Translations under genes and position numbers: made by a program
Assembly: GCA_951406725.2 (NCBI GenBank)
Contig: OX597819.1
Location: 126,356,001-126,420,000 of the forward strand
Source: Octopus vulgaris
Taxonomy: Eukaryota
Length of the DNA: 64,000 bases
Direction of reading: 5' to 3'
Shown here: piece after piece, positions 9,440 through 22,939 of the stretch
Layout: every line of letters begins with the position of its first letter
Position numbering within the stretch: the stretch's first letter is position 1
The notes under the pieces: generated by a model
The model's database searches: none
Told to the model about the DNA's origin: nothing
What the model saw: the letters and a program-made list of their open reading frames with translations, nothing else

Positions 9440-9612
9440 CTGTGTCGGTTTGTTTACGTCCCCGTAATGAAGCAGTTCGGTAACAGAGACTGACAGAATA
9501 AGTATCGGGCTTCAAAAAATAGTATCAGGGTCAATTCGTTTGACAAAAATAGTTCAAGGTGGTGCCCCAGCATGGCTGCAGTCTAATGACTAAACCAAGT
9601 AAATGATAAAAA
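9440..9612 (+). mobile_element. Family B SINE, 3' part
   Basis: TGTTTACGTCCCCGTAA...GGTGCCCCAGCATGGCTGCAGTCTAATGACT. Confidence 0.8.
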
Positions 9613-9891
9613 GTATATACACATATATGTGCATACGTAGGTATTTGCATACAAATTTGTATACAGGCACACACACACACACACACAGACATATATATAT
9701 ATATGAATACAGATACACAGACGTGCGCATATACAGACACATACATCTAGGTAGACGTGTGTGTATATAGAAATAGGTAGACGTTTGTGTATATACACGT
9801 CTATATATATATATACGTATATATATATACAAACACAAACATCTGTATATAGGTGTATATATGCATATACACGCATACGTGTAGATGCATT

Positions 9892-9945
<54 letters not shown>

Positions 9946-10057
9946 GTATGTATATATGTTTATGTGCGCATACATATGTATACACAAATATTTATACATG
10001 TATTTATATATTGTATGAAAAGAAAGTGCGTTACAAATACAATACACACACATTTAT

Positions 10058-10805
<748 letters not shown>

Positions 10806-11288
10806 GCCATCAAACGCAAATGACTATTCTCGTCCCAAACAGTAAACTTTTACGATTAGAAATATTTTCTTGCTAAAGTGACTCGAAAATATGCTGATCT
10901 CTGTGAGCTTGTTTGGTAAGATTGATTTACACACCTGACCGAATACTGTAACTGAATAGCTAGTGTAGTGGATCGACACTAAATGATAACTACTACCTCG
11001 CCATTCCACGCCACTTCGTCTCACCTACTTGTTTAAATATATCTCCAACCAAGGTAACGTTTATTGTTGCCTCCCTTTGGACGTAAACGAGGAGAACATT
11101 TGAGCTACGATTGTTACAAAATGGATAATTATATAAATATATGAATATATGTCAGTACACATACATACACATATATATATATATACGCCGTATAGCGTAT
11201 AGAACAATGTGTGTATACATGTTTGCATAAATATATAACAAATGTATGTATTATGTATCTATCTATCTATCTATTTATCTATCTATCT

Positions 11289-11520
11289 AAGGCGGCGAGC
11301 TGGCAGAATCGTTAGCACACCGGGCGAAATGCGTAGTCGTATTTCGTCTGCCGTTACGTTCTGAGTTCAAATTTCGCCGAGGTCGACTTTGCCTTTCATC
11401 CATTCGGGGTCGATAAATTAAGTACCAGTTACGCACTGGGGTCGATATAATCGATTTAATACCTAAGTCTGTCCTTGTTTGTCCCCTCTGTGTTTAGCCC
11501 CTTGTGGGTAATAAAGAAAT
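11289..11520 (+). mobile_element. Family A SINE, full length, inserted in (CTAT)n
   Basis: AAGGCGGCGAGCTGGCAGAATCG...CCCCTTGTGGGTAATAAAGAAAT. Confidence 0.92.
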
Positions 11521-11821
11521 CTATCTGTCTATATATGTGGATGCGTTTGTGTGTATGTGAGAATATGTGTGTTTAGCAAGTGTTACTGTTAATTCTTCTC
11601 TCTATTAATTAATTAAAATAATTAAGTGCGAGATGCATAATTATAATTTCGTGCACACATGTGCATTTGTCGTCGCGTAGTTTTTCCTTTCCTTTTCTGT
11701 TTTTTCTCAAAACAATCTGTAAAGCCGCAAACGGTATCAGTTTCTGACTTGCCTTGAATTACGTCGTTTCACAAATCGCCATTAATTTGTATTTTTATTA
11801 TTTACAACATCAACAACAAAA

Positions 11822-11879
<58 letters not shown>

Positions 11880-11889
11880 TTAATTAATT

Positions 11890-12110
11890 AATTCGTCTAC
11901 TGGCCACAAGGGCTAACAAAAATCAATTAAAACATAAAAACACAGGACGAAAGTTACAAAGGGTTTTGTCCGTTTGAAAAAAGGTCCGTGTACAAAAGCA
12001 GGATAACAACGAAATGTAAGTAACAATTAAAACTTCCAATAGGGGGAGGCACTTCAAAAGGTTACTCGTGGAAAACCCATAAAAGCCACGGGAGCCTGGT
12101 CAAAAGGGGA
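11890..12110 (-). mobile_element. Probable LINE 3' UTR fragment sharing its end with the family A SINE tail
   Basis: Minus strand ends TGTTAGCCCTTGTGGCCAGTAGACGAAT, similar to the SINE A tail TTTAGCCCCTTGTGGGTAGTAAAGAAAT. Confidence 0.4.
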
Positions 12111-12117
12111 TAATAAT

Positions 12118-12572
12118 AAGATGGGCTACAGCAACTATTCTGCTTAGTACCACAGATTTACTTGTCAGTTGTTTGACCATAACCAGTTGACCTTGTCCCT
12201 TAGTCGCTGACGATATGTGCATCTCTGACCACGAGCAGAAGTAGTGTGTGAGCATCATAGCCGTGTGTTGAAAGGAATTCTTAGAGGTTTGGATAATTCA
12301 CCTCTGGAAACATGGTTCGTTCAACATCCTTAAGCAATCCTTATTCAGGGACCTTTTGAGTGGGATGGGCTCTTCGACCAGAAGAAAATTCTAACTGGGT
12401 CCCACCTGCAATGTCATGCGCTGTTTATCTTGATTTGAGATCACCATGTCGCGCACATATGGTTGTGATGCATGTGCCTGGTGTACCATTATCGGATGGG
12501 TAGTCATGAAGGGTATACTGGGCTTCGCATATTTCACCCCAGTGTCATTTTGATTGCATGCACAGCTCAATA
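12118..12572 (+). mobile_element. (AAT)n-associated ~550-bp element, 5'-truncated
   Basis: Homologous to 1822-2282 and 47268-47727; runs into (AAT)n. Confidence 0.8.
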
Positions 12573-12590
12573 ATAATAATAATCATCATC

Positions 12591-12645
<55 letters not shown>

Positions 12646-12655
12646 CAACAATAAT

Positions 12656-13110
12656 AAGGCGAGATGGCAGAATCGTTAGCACGCCGGAAAAAATAACGAC
12701 ATTTCATCTGTCTTTACGTCTCTAGTTCAAATTCTGCCGAGGTCGACTTTCACCTTTCATTCTTTCAGGTTCGATTTTGCCTTTCATCCTTTCGGAGTAG
12801 ACAGAATAAGTACCAGTTGAGAACTGGGGTCAACGATACCGGCTTACCCTTCCCCTTCTGCCAAACTTTGAAATCCTTGTTTGCAAAAGGATAAAATTTG
12901 GTGAGGTGGAAGAATCGACAGCACGCTGCACACAATGTATTGTGGCATTTCGTCTGTCGCTACGTTCGGAGTTCAAATTCCGCTGAGGTCGACTTTGCCT
13001 TTCAACCTTTTGGAGTTGATGAAATAAGTACCAATTGAGCACTGGAGTCGAAGTAATCAACTAGCCGCCTCCTCCAAAATTTCAGGCCCTGTGCCTATGA
13101 TAGAAAGGGT
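12656..13110 (+). mobile_element. Two tandem older family A SINEs
   Basis: Two GAGGTCGACTTT...AATAAGTACCA units (12656-12890 and 12897-13110). Confidence 0.8.
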
Positions 13111-14707
13111 TATTTGCATAATAATAAATTAATGTTTTGGCCACGATACAATGCAAGATACGGGTGGGAAGTGACTGTGTACATGCAATAATCGAAATCG
13201 AGATGAACTTCCAACTTCGTCATGATTGAAATTCACCGATCGAACAACGTACCAAATCTTTCATTCTTGTCAGGGACATCCCAATTTTGTTGAGTTCACT
13301 GCTCCAAGAATTATGTCTACAAATAAGCTCACATATCTGGGACGGTACAACCACTAGGCACTGGTATATTCTGGACTGCATTCCTAACTAAAACCTCATC
13401 GCCCAAATAAATGCTTTTATTCCCTGTTTTAACACTTGTTAAACATTTTGATATTACTAGGTAGTGTTTTTTGTCTGTCTTTTGTAGAGGACATAGGAAT
13501 TTGTGGGGAAAGCAAATGGGGTTATTTTTGAGAATCGTTCCCCACTCGTTTTGTGCGTTCGTGCATCCGTAGATTTCTACCACACGCGCACAGACACACA
13601 CACGTATGTGTAATTAAAAAAGTTCAAACGGCAAATTTATTCCATTCAACATCATGTTTATTATAGAGATTATGTAACAAATTATATACTTTACACTTGT
13701 ATATTTAACAGTGCGTGCATTTTTGCTCCTGGTGTCTTCTTCCTTTCTTTTAGAAACGTTTACCTGGGAAGTTATTTAAAGTGAAAAAAAATTCGTATGC
13801 AACAGAAGTCGTCTTAATAACATATTTCTATGTACTAGAGCTTTAGCTGTTACTTTTAGCATAACGAGTTTTCTGATGAGGCTTCATTTTCCTTATTTGC
13901 TGTTTGTTGCTTCAGTAGAAATCTACGGATGCACAAACGCACTAAACGGAGAAAATGAAACAAATATTGACGACTTGTTCCGAAACATCCCCGAGTGGGG
14001 AACAGTTTTCAAAAATAACCCCAATTGTTTTCCCCCCAAAATTCCTCTGTCCTCAGAATCTACGTAGTCCGAGGTATATTTGTTGAGAATTTAGTGAAAA
14101 GATATCCCTTTTCTTGAAAGTTAAGACGAATTGAAGTGGACTCCGGTGAATTTTCCGAAATACCCCACCTCACCCGTCCTAAGATTCTAACCCCACCCCA
14201 TGAGTTTGTCTGTTCGGAATTTACATGATATAACACATATTCGTAGATAATTTCATTAAAAATATCCATTTTTCTGAAAGTTATCATCATCCAAAGTCGG
14301 GGGCGCAGAATTCTGTAGTTATGTCTTGACTTCAAGTTTTATGCCGGAGGTTTTTTTTTAGAAGATTTACCTTCCCCACGGCTTTGTCAAAAAATAATGG
14401 AAACATCCTTTACTCCTGGGAAATCTGTTTAACGTATAGATGGGACCCAGGCAAGTACTTCCGTTCCGGATTAGAACAGAATTGGGAGTTAATGGCAGTT
14501 AAGGTATGCACAGGTAGATAGGCAGAGTAGTTAGTGGAGGTTCGTTTTTCATGAGTTTGCTAATGAGTCCAGCATAAGGAAGGAATGGTCTGTCACAAAT
14601 TGTGCACAGAAAACGGTTGTTGGGATTTGTTTTCCCCTTGATCGTAGCATTTTTCTTTAAATGTCTTTTGAGTCATCCTGGTCTCTTCAAAAGCTTACAC
14701 TCCACTC

Positions 14708-15132
14708 TACATACATACATACATACATACATACATACATACATACATACATACATACATACACACACATACATATGTACATACATATACACGTACACGT
14801 ACACATACATGCATACATACATACATATACACGTACTCACACATATACATACATACATATACACGTATACACACACACATATACATACATATATATACAC
14901 GTACATAGATACATACATATACACGTACACGCGCACATATACATACATACATACATACATATACACGTACACGTAAACATACATACATATACACGTACAC
15001 ACACACACATATACATACATATACACGTACACACACATATGCATACATACATACATATGCACGTACACGTACACACACATATATACATACATACATATAC
15101 ACGTACACACACATATATACATACATACATAC
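14708..15132. repeat. (TACA)n/(TACACG)n compound microsatellite
   Basis: Directly visible. Confidence 0.95.
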
Positions 15133-15133
15133 A

Positions 15134-15195
15134 AATGGCAGTGCCCCGGCATGGCCACAGCTCGTGAGCTGAAACTAGATAAAATAAAATAAATA
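15134..15195 (+). mobile_element. 5'-truncated retroposon 3' tail related to the family B SINE tail
   Basis: ATGGCAGTGCCCCGGCATGGCCACAGCTCGTGAGCTGAAACTAGATAAAATAAAA; second copy at 50696-50765. Confidence 0.7.
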
Positions 15196-15874
15196 ATATA
15201 CATACATACAGTGCGTTTATCGGCGATTGTCGGCCGAATAAAATTGTTGCGTCGAACAAAAAGTACCTCGGAGTATTTAAATCCGCCTGAACAATATCTG
15301 TTTACTTCATAATGGACTTGGCCCTTCTTCCACACCCTCGTTTCTTCGTCGTCGATATCACCATCGCTGTCGTCATAATTATAGTCGTCACCGTTCCATC
15401 TTTGTAAACGTTGTCAGCATCCTCCCCCGTCGTCGCCATCGCCGTCATAGTCGTCGTCAGCGTCACCTACATCATTTTTTTCTTTTGTATTTTATAACAT
15501 TTTATACGACCATTCTTTGAGTATTCTTTCTTTTCCTTTTTTATACATACGTCTAAAGTCTCTTTTAATCTCCATTGAATAGCAAAAGTAAATAAAGAAA
15601 TATTTATATAAAACTGTGAAGAAAGAACGAAATTCAAAAGCAAAAGGCACTTCTCTCACTCGTCCCCTTCACTCCCTCCTCCTCCTCTTCCTCCAGTCCC
15701 CTTAAATAAGCAGATCGGATATCTTGTGAAAACGTCTCACTTTCTGTGTTTGTAAAAGAAGCCGAGCTCTGGATATGTTGACATAAGTAGTTAAGGACCG
15801 ATCAAGGAGCAAAGCCGTGTACCTTTACTCTCTGTCTCTCTTGGAAAATAATCCAGTAATCAGATTAGAGGAAT

Positions 15875-16033
15875 AATAACAATAACAATGCTACTTATAA
15901 CAAATAATAATAATAATAATAATAGTAATAAATGATAATAATAATAATAATAGTAATAATAATAATGATGATGATAATAATAATAATAACAATAATAATA
16001 ATAATAATAATAGTAATAATAATAATGATGATG

Positions 16034-16072
<39 letters not shown>

Positions 16073-16096
16073 GTAATAATAATGATGATGATAATG

Positions 16097-16139
<43 letters not shown>

Positions 16140-16246
16140 CAGTAATAATAATAATAATAATAGTAATAATAATAATAATAATAATAATAGTAATAATAAT
16201 GATGATAATAATAATAATAATAATAATAATAGTAATAATAATGATG

Positions 16247-16279
<33 letters not shown>

Positions 16280-16396
16280 GTAATAATAATAATGATGATG
16301 ATAATAATAATAATAATAATAATAATAATAGTAATAATAATAATGATGATAATAATAATAATAATAATAATAGTAATAATAATAATGATGATGATG

Positions 16397-16435
<39 letters not shown>

Positions 16436-16459
16436 GTAATAATAATAATGATGATGATG

Positions 16460-16516
<57 letters not shown>

Positions 16517-16576
16517 GTAATAATAATAATAATGATGATGATAATAATAATAATAATAGTAATAATAATAATGATA

Positions 16577-16661
<85 letters not shown>

Positions 16662-16677
16662 TGATGATGATGATAAT
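15875..16677. repeat. (AAT)n/(GAT)n/(AGT) trinucleotide array with higher-order unit
   Basis: Directly visible; explains the poly-Ile and poly-Tyr ORFs. Confidence 0.95.
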
Positions 16678-17624
16678 CCTTTCTACTATAGGCACAAGGC
16701 CTGGAATGTGTGAATGATAATAATAAGGCCAATAAAAAACAAGAATAACGACAATAGTTTAATATAATAGTACAAGCGATTAATCCGTTGTTATCGCTAT
16801 TGGAAGGTAAGTAGCCTCCTCGTAGCAGTAGTCGTGACGAACGTAGGGGATAAGAATAGCAAGGGGGTCATCTGCGTAACGGGGGTGGCTTAAATATTAG
16901 TCTTCCACAAGGCTCCCTTTTCCCCCTCTCGAACTCAATGTGAAGTAGTCTATAGAGTAAGATTTAACCACTTCAGTCTTTGCCTGATTTGAATGTATAT
17001 TTGTGCGTCTTTTGTTTGTTTGTTGATATTTTTTGCTTTTTTATTCATCCATTTTTTAATTTATTATTATTGTTATTATTATTGTTATTATTGTTATTAA
17101 GGTGTTCATGGCTTCACAGGTGTTTACCACAAGCAATAATAACTTACGTTCCCTATCTAGATTAGATAGGGTTCGGTCAGAGATTGGCACAGAAAAGGGC
17201 AGATGAGAGAATAAGCTGAGATGTTGTGGAGTTTTGGATTGGTTTTAGGAGAATAACAATGGAGGGCGAAGATTTCCGTCGGATACGACAGGTAAAACAT
17301 TGTTGTGAGGTCCGTTCAACCTTGCTAAAAAGGGCCAGCAAATCCTTCTCAAAGGGTCTAGACATATCTCTATGGTTGAGAAGTTCGCTTCCCAACTTCA
17401 TGACTTTGGACTCTATTTCACACTTGCCCAGAGCAAAGTGTGTTCAGACTACTTGCCAGTCCTCTGATGACCCTTTCAAAATTTAAGGGACAGTGAATTC
17501 ATATTTAGGAAGACGCTAATCTACCGGCTGAAACACCCGTCCAGTCTCTTGACGACTAAGTGTTGACAGTGAAATCTGGTAGACGGAGACTATATAGAAG
17601 CTTTCCGGATGGGCTGACATTCTT

Positions 17625-17680
<56 letters not shown>

Positions 17681-17798
17681 TTAATAAGGGTGAGAGAATT
17701 AGACGCTAATTTAATAGTATGGGAAACATGTATTTTTGTGGTTGAAACCTTTTGGATTTACTAGTGCTAGAGTGAGCCATATAGTGACCACTCTCTTA

Positions 17799-17852
<54 letters not shown>

Positions 17853-17866
17853 TACACATACATACA

Positions 17867-18718
17867 TACGAGGGACTACCCAAAAGTAACCGAAAACGTT
17901 CTCTGTGGGACAAACCCTTTGTAGTTCATGCTTTCACTCCAAGAAGTCAGTTGATGTAACCCTCAGGCATCAGTTTGTCGATCGGCGGCGTCGTTTGCGG
18001 GTCGTACTGTCACATGGTGCGTCTTTGTTTTGCAGTACTTCTCTCTTGTTCCTCGATTGTTTTCGATGGCTGAAACGAAGTAACAGCGCGTTTCCGTGAA
18101 ATTTTGTTTTCTGCTGGGGAAAACAGCGGCCGAAACAGTTGTCATGCTTCAGACAGCTTACAAGGACGCTGCTATGAGCAAAGCACAAGTTTACGAGTGG
18201 TTTCACGGTTCAGGAATGGTCACTTGTCGGTAGAAGACCAACCTCGTCCAGAACGACTGTCGACCTTCTGAGCGAATGGAAACATCATGAAAATTCATGA
18301 ACTAATCTTGGAGGACCGTCACCGGACAACTGACGAACTTGTTGATATGACTGGTGTGTCCTGGAACTCCTTCCAACGAACTTTGAACGAGGAATTGCGA
18401 ATGAAAAGAGTTGCAGCAAAATTTGTGACTCGCTTTCTCATAGAACATCAAAAAGCAGTCACGACTGAATGCGTGTCGTGAACTGAATGAACTGTTGAAA
18501 GTTGATCTGGACCTTCTCTCGAAGGTCGTCACTGGTGACGGAAGCTGGTGCTATGGATAATGCAGATGTACAAGTGGTGAAGAAGAAAACGACAGAGGCG
18601 TTAAAATGCATCACTACGCAAGACTTCCAGCACTGCTTCAAATGGAGAATACTTTAAAGGCGATAAGAGTGTAAACATGCAAAGTGAATACAATATTTCT
18701 TTAGGGCACACCCTCGTG
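17867..18718 (+). mobile_element. Tc1/mariner DNA transposon relic, internally deleted transposase pseudogene
   Basis: Ends TA-CGAGGG...CCCTCG-TG. From ATG 18066: MAETK*QRVSVKFCFLLGKTAAETVVMLQTAYKDAAMSKAQVYEWF.../...MKRVAAKFVTRFL.../...VVTGDGSWCYG* then ...ADVQVVKKKTTEALKCITTQDFQHCF/NGEYFKGD. Stops and frameshifts present; the second and third catalytic Asp regions are deleted. Confidence 0.92.
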
Positions 18719-18760
18719 TGTGTAAATATACATACATGCATACATACATACATACATACA

Positions 18761-18805
<45 letters not shown>

Positions 18806-18911
18806 AATCTAAACTAGAACAACCCCCCCACCCAAAAGAAAACAATCATGCGAGGACGTGGAACAAGTACTGTGTTAATGGACGCTCAGGAAGGGAAAGA
18901 AAAGAAAGAGG

Positions 18912-18946
18912 ATTTCAGGTTTCGAGCGGAGCTCTTCATCAGAAAT
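18912..18946 (-). ncRNA. Minimal type I hammerhead motif (family H1 relative), canonical core but mutated cleavage site
   Basis: ATTT-CTGATGA-A-GAGC(TCC)GCTC-GAAA-CC-TG-AAAT inside an element at ~18810-19000 between (TA)n and (CA)n tracts. Confidence 0.65.
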
Positions 18947-19052
18947 ATAGAAAAGAAGGGAAGACAGAGAAAGAAAATCGCCAACGATACACACGCGGTC
19001 GCACACACACACACACGCATATATATATATATACACGCACGCACGCACCCAC

Positions 19053-19092
<40 letters not shown>

Positions 19093-19121
19093 TATATATA
19101 CATACATATGTGTATGTGTGT

Positions 19122-19860
19122 GTATGACTCTGTGGTAAGAAGCTTGCTTCTTAGCCATATGGTTTCAGGTTGACTCCCACCGCGTAGTGCTTTGGGCAAG
19201 TGTCTTCTACTATAGCATCGGGTTGACCAAGGACTTGTGAATGTAATTGGTTGCCGGAAACTGAAAGCAGCTCGTCGTATATATATATAGATATCTGAGA
19301 CCCCCTTCGGTTATGAATGACCATGGGATTGCACCTATAAGGGTACCCTTCAAGGCACAGGTCTGGGCAAGGAAGATCAGCAGTCGCCCATGCATTCCAG
19401 TCTCCTCTCTCCATGCCACCAATGTTATCCATGGGAAAGGCAAAGGGGCCGATAAAGCTTGGCACCATTGACGTCGCAACTCATTTCTACTGCTGAGAGA
19501 AACTGGAGCAACGTGAAATAAAGTGTCTTGCTCAAGAACACAACACGCAGCTCGGTCCGAGATTCGAACTCACGACCTCACGATCGTAAGCTCGTCGCGC
19601 TAACCAATGAGCCATGCGCCTTCACGTGTGCGTCTTCCCGCCTGTGCTTGTTCCCACCACCACCACCACCACTTGACAACCGGTGATGGTATGTTTACGT
19701 CCCCGTAACTTAGCGGTCAACAAAAGATATGGATACAGTAAATACTGAGCTTAAAATAAAAAAAACCGGGGTTAATTTGTTCGACTAAGACTCTTCAAGG
19801 TGTTGCTCCAGCATGGACACAGTTTAGTGACTGAAGCAAGTAAAGGATGAAAGATAAGAG
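19122..19860 (+). mobile_element. Family B SINE hosting an antisense nested SINE
   Basis: Head at 19122-19290; tail resumes at 19626-19860. Confidence 0.85.
19297..19625 (-). mobile_element. tRNA-derived CORE-like SINE (family D) with RTE-like tail
   Basis: Minus strand GTGAAGGCGCATGGCTCATTGGTTAG...GAGTTCGAATCTC (A and B boxes), then TGTGTTCTTGAGCAAGACACTTTATTTCAC (CORE-like), tail GCAATCCCATGGTCATTCATAACCGAAGGGGG. Confidence 0.8.
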
Positions 19861-20949
19861 ATGGATATAGATGCAAAAACGGGCGAAATACGACGATGGA
19901 CTTGTAACGAGTATTATAATCCACTGCATCTCTGCTCTAAATCTCACGCTTCTTTTTGTGTTTGTTCGTGAGATCCCTAAAGGAATGCAAAGTTGTTTTT
20001 TTTAATCCTTTTACGGGTTTCAGTTTTTCAACTCCAGTCATGTTTTGGGACCCAGGCTTTAACCTGCTGCTTATTTCATTGCTATCCCTTCTTCGAATGA
20101 TATGAATCTGTCTACAAGGCAACCGACGCGAGAACGTACATTTTGTTCGCTGCGCTGAATTGCATCAATATATACACACGTATTACATATAAACTGCACA
20201 TATACTCGTACGTATATTACATATAAACGACACATACACATAGACACAGACACACGTACATATATACACACGCACATAGATATATATGTGTGTGTGTGGC
20301 GGTGTGTATCTATATCTATTTGTCTATATGTACGTATGTATGTGTATCATCGCCGTTGTCATCATCTAAATCAATTTCTTTGGTAGATGTCAGTTAGACT
20401 AGGTAGGAAGGAAGCAGCTATGAAAACCAAATGAGAATCTGTAGAACTGAAATAGTATAATATGTTACAAGCAAGCATTCTTCTACAACAATAATATAAT
20501 TTCCTACATCACTGGTTCGTCATTGGACTTAATCAACTTTTAATTTGACGCGGTTTTGCAACATTTCTCGTTTCCTTTTTGGTGTTTTCGTCACGTCCAA
20601 TAGTCACCTCCATCCTCCTTATTCGATCCATATATGTATGGTGTATATGAAGGCGTGAATACATATACATATACATCTATAAGTGTGTGTGTACATATAC
20701 CATAAACGCATATATGTATATATTTATACATGTGTGTGTGCGTGCGATGTGTGTATTCTGTATCACCTAAACAAAACCAACATTCCAAATAGACCGCTGA
20801 TATTTCCCCAGCAACTACTTTATTTGTCAGTATTTCTATGAATACCATCTTAATATTTCTCCCTCTGTCTTTCCCTTCTCTCTGTCCCATCTATTTATCT
20901 ATTTATTTATGGAATGTGCGTACGTGTGCATGCTTTTGGGGGAATGGCT

Positions 20950-21069
<120 letters not shown>

Positions 21070-21271
21070 ATGTACACATATATATATATATACATATACA
21101 TATATATACATATATATACATATACATATATATACATATATATACATATACATATATATATATATACATATATATACATATATATATATACATATAAATA
21201 TATACATATATATATATATATGTGTATGTATATATACATATACATACATATATATATATATACATATATAC

Positions 21272-21344
<73 letters not shown>

Positions 21345-21424
21345 AGTGAAGGAGGAAGACGGTGGGCGAGAGAGATAATATATCTTTGTGTAATCATGTG
21401 TGTGCATGTGTAAAGTTGTACAAC

Positions 21425-21455
<31 letters not shown>

Positions 21456-21599
21456 CACTCACATTTATATACATATCCACCTGTATATATGTACGCATGT
21501 ATATGTGTGTGTGTACCTGTCTATTTGTCTATTTGCCTGTTCTATCTCGTTCCTCCCCCTTAATCATCCTTTTCTCTCCTTCGCACCTTTTGTCGACAG

Positions 21600-21627
21600 G
21601 TCTGTTTTTGCTGTCCTTTGTCGAGCG
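21600..21627 (+). other. Candidate 28-nt micro-exon
   Basis: Branch-like CTTAAT at ~21559, long pyrimidine tract, GACAG acceptor and GCG/GTAAGA donor. Confidence 0.3.
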
Positions 21628-21830
21628 GTAAGACCTGCAAGCAAGTTCAGCGCTGGCGATGCGTAGAATATTCAATCAAAACAAACGGAAATAGTGTTAA
21701 CAAACCTACTCTGTTAATTAATTTGACGGCTGCACATATTAACTTATTATTTCTAGTTGTTCTTGTTTCTCTTGTTAATCTTCGTTTTCTACCTTTTTTT
21801 CTCCCTCTCCTGCTGCACATCCTCACTAAA

Positions 21831-22017
21831 CCACCACCACCACCACCAACAGCAACACCAACATCACCACCGCCACTATCATCATCACCATCATCATCAT
21901 CATCATCACCATCATCAGCATCATCATCATCATCAGCAGCATCATCATCATCATCATCATCGTCGTCGTCGTCGTCGTCGTCGTCGTCTTTGTTGTCATC
22001 ACCTTTATCGGCGTCGA

Positions 22018-22052
<35 letters not shown>

Positions 22053-22072
22053 ATAACATCAACAACAACGAC
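21831..22072. repeat. (CAC)n/(CAT)n/(CGT)n trinucleotide tract
   Basis: Directly visible; explains the poly-Ser and poly-His ORFs. Confidence 0.9.
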
Positions 22073-22175
22073 AAGTTATTAATGTAGTTGCGTTTATGGA
22101 AGGGAGAAATCTCAGGGTGTTTATAAGAGAATATTCTTATTAATATTTCCATCATAATTACATACGTAGACAGAA

Positions 22176-22238
<63 letters not shown>

Positions 22239-22606
22239 GATAAGAAAGAGGAAAAGAAGGGACACGAGAAAAGGAAAGTCTGAGTGGAGAGAGATGAGGT
22301 GAAAGAGATGGAGAGAGGGTGAGGAAGGGAGAGAGGGCGGGAGACGAGGAGAAAGGGGGAAAGAGATAAATCACGTTGTCTCCTCTCTCGACATCCATAC
22401 ATCCTTACACTATTTAATTATTATTTGATTAGTTACAAGAAACTTATGTATACATACATACATACAAACATACATACATACATACATACATACAAACATA
22501 CATACATACATGCATGCATACATACATACATACATACATACATACATACATACATACAAACAACAACACGCACTGTGGTCGATTTCTTTTTCTTTAGACA
22601 TTTCTC

Positions 22607-22642
22607 CTTTCCGACGAAGAGTTATGTTCGAAACGTCAAAAG
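22607..22642 (+). ncRNA. Minimal type I hammerhead-like motif (family H1 relative), core CCGACGA; duplicated at 30261-30296
   Basis: CTTT-CCGACGA-A-GAGT(TAT)GTTC-GAAA-CG-TC-AAAAG; downstream GAGCGTCAAACTAATACA matches H1 GAGCGATATACTAAAACA. Confidence 0.65.
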
Positions 22643-22901
22643 CTCTTTTTACCGAGCGTCAAACTAATACATTCTCTTGTTCTCTATTAATTTCATCATT
22701 CGTTTAACTGAATTGACGGTACATACATACATACATACATACATACATACATACATACATACATACATACATACATACATACATACATACATACATACAT
22801 ACAAAATATATGCATACAATATTAGATATGTATATATTTTATTAATTTGCCTGTACGGCTGATAATTCACTTACTACTTGTGATGGTATTTTAATAATAT
22901 A

Positions 22902-22939
<38 letters not shown>

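Noticed and set aside
13873-13900. CTGATGAGGC as a hammerhead core
   Set aside because: No matching stem II or GAAA downstream.
15210-15343. Possible mariner 3' end (CVEQK-like fragment, CACCCTCGT)
   Set aside because: Too short and degenerate to support; the same applies to the similar end at ~24841 and the region 23090-23512.
17458-17500. CTGATGA-CCCTT...AAGGG as a hammerhead
   Set aside because: Stem II is followed by ACAG, not GAAA, and the motif lies within a degenerate family B SINE (17364-17605).
20020-20125. Acceptor-like TTTTTCAACTCCAG followed by MFWDPGFNLLL
   Set aside because: All three frames hit stops before any GT donor.
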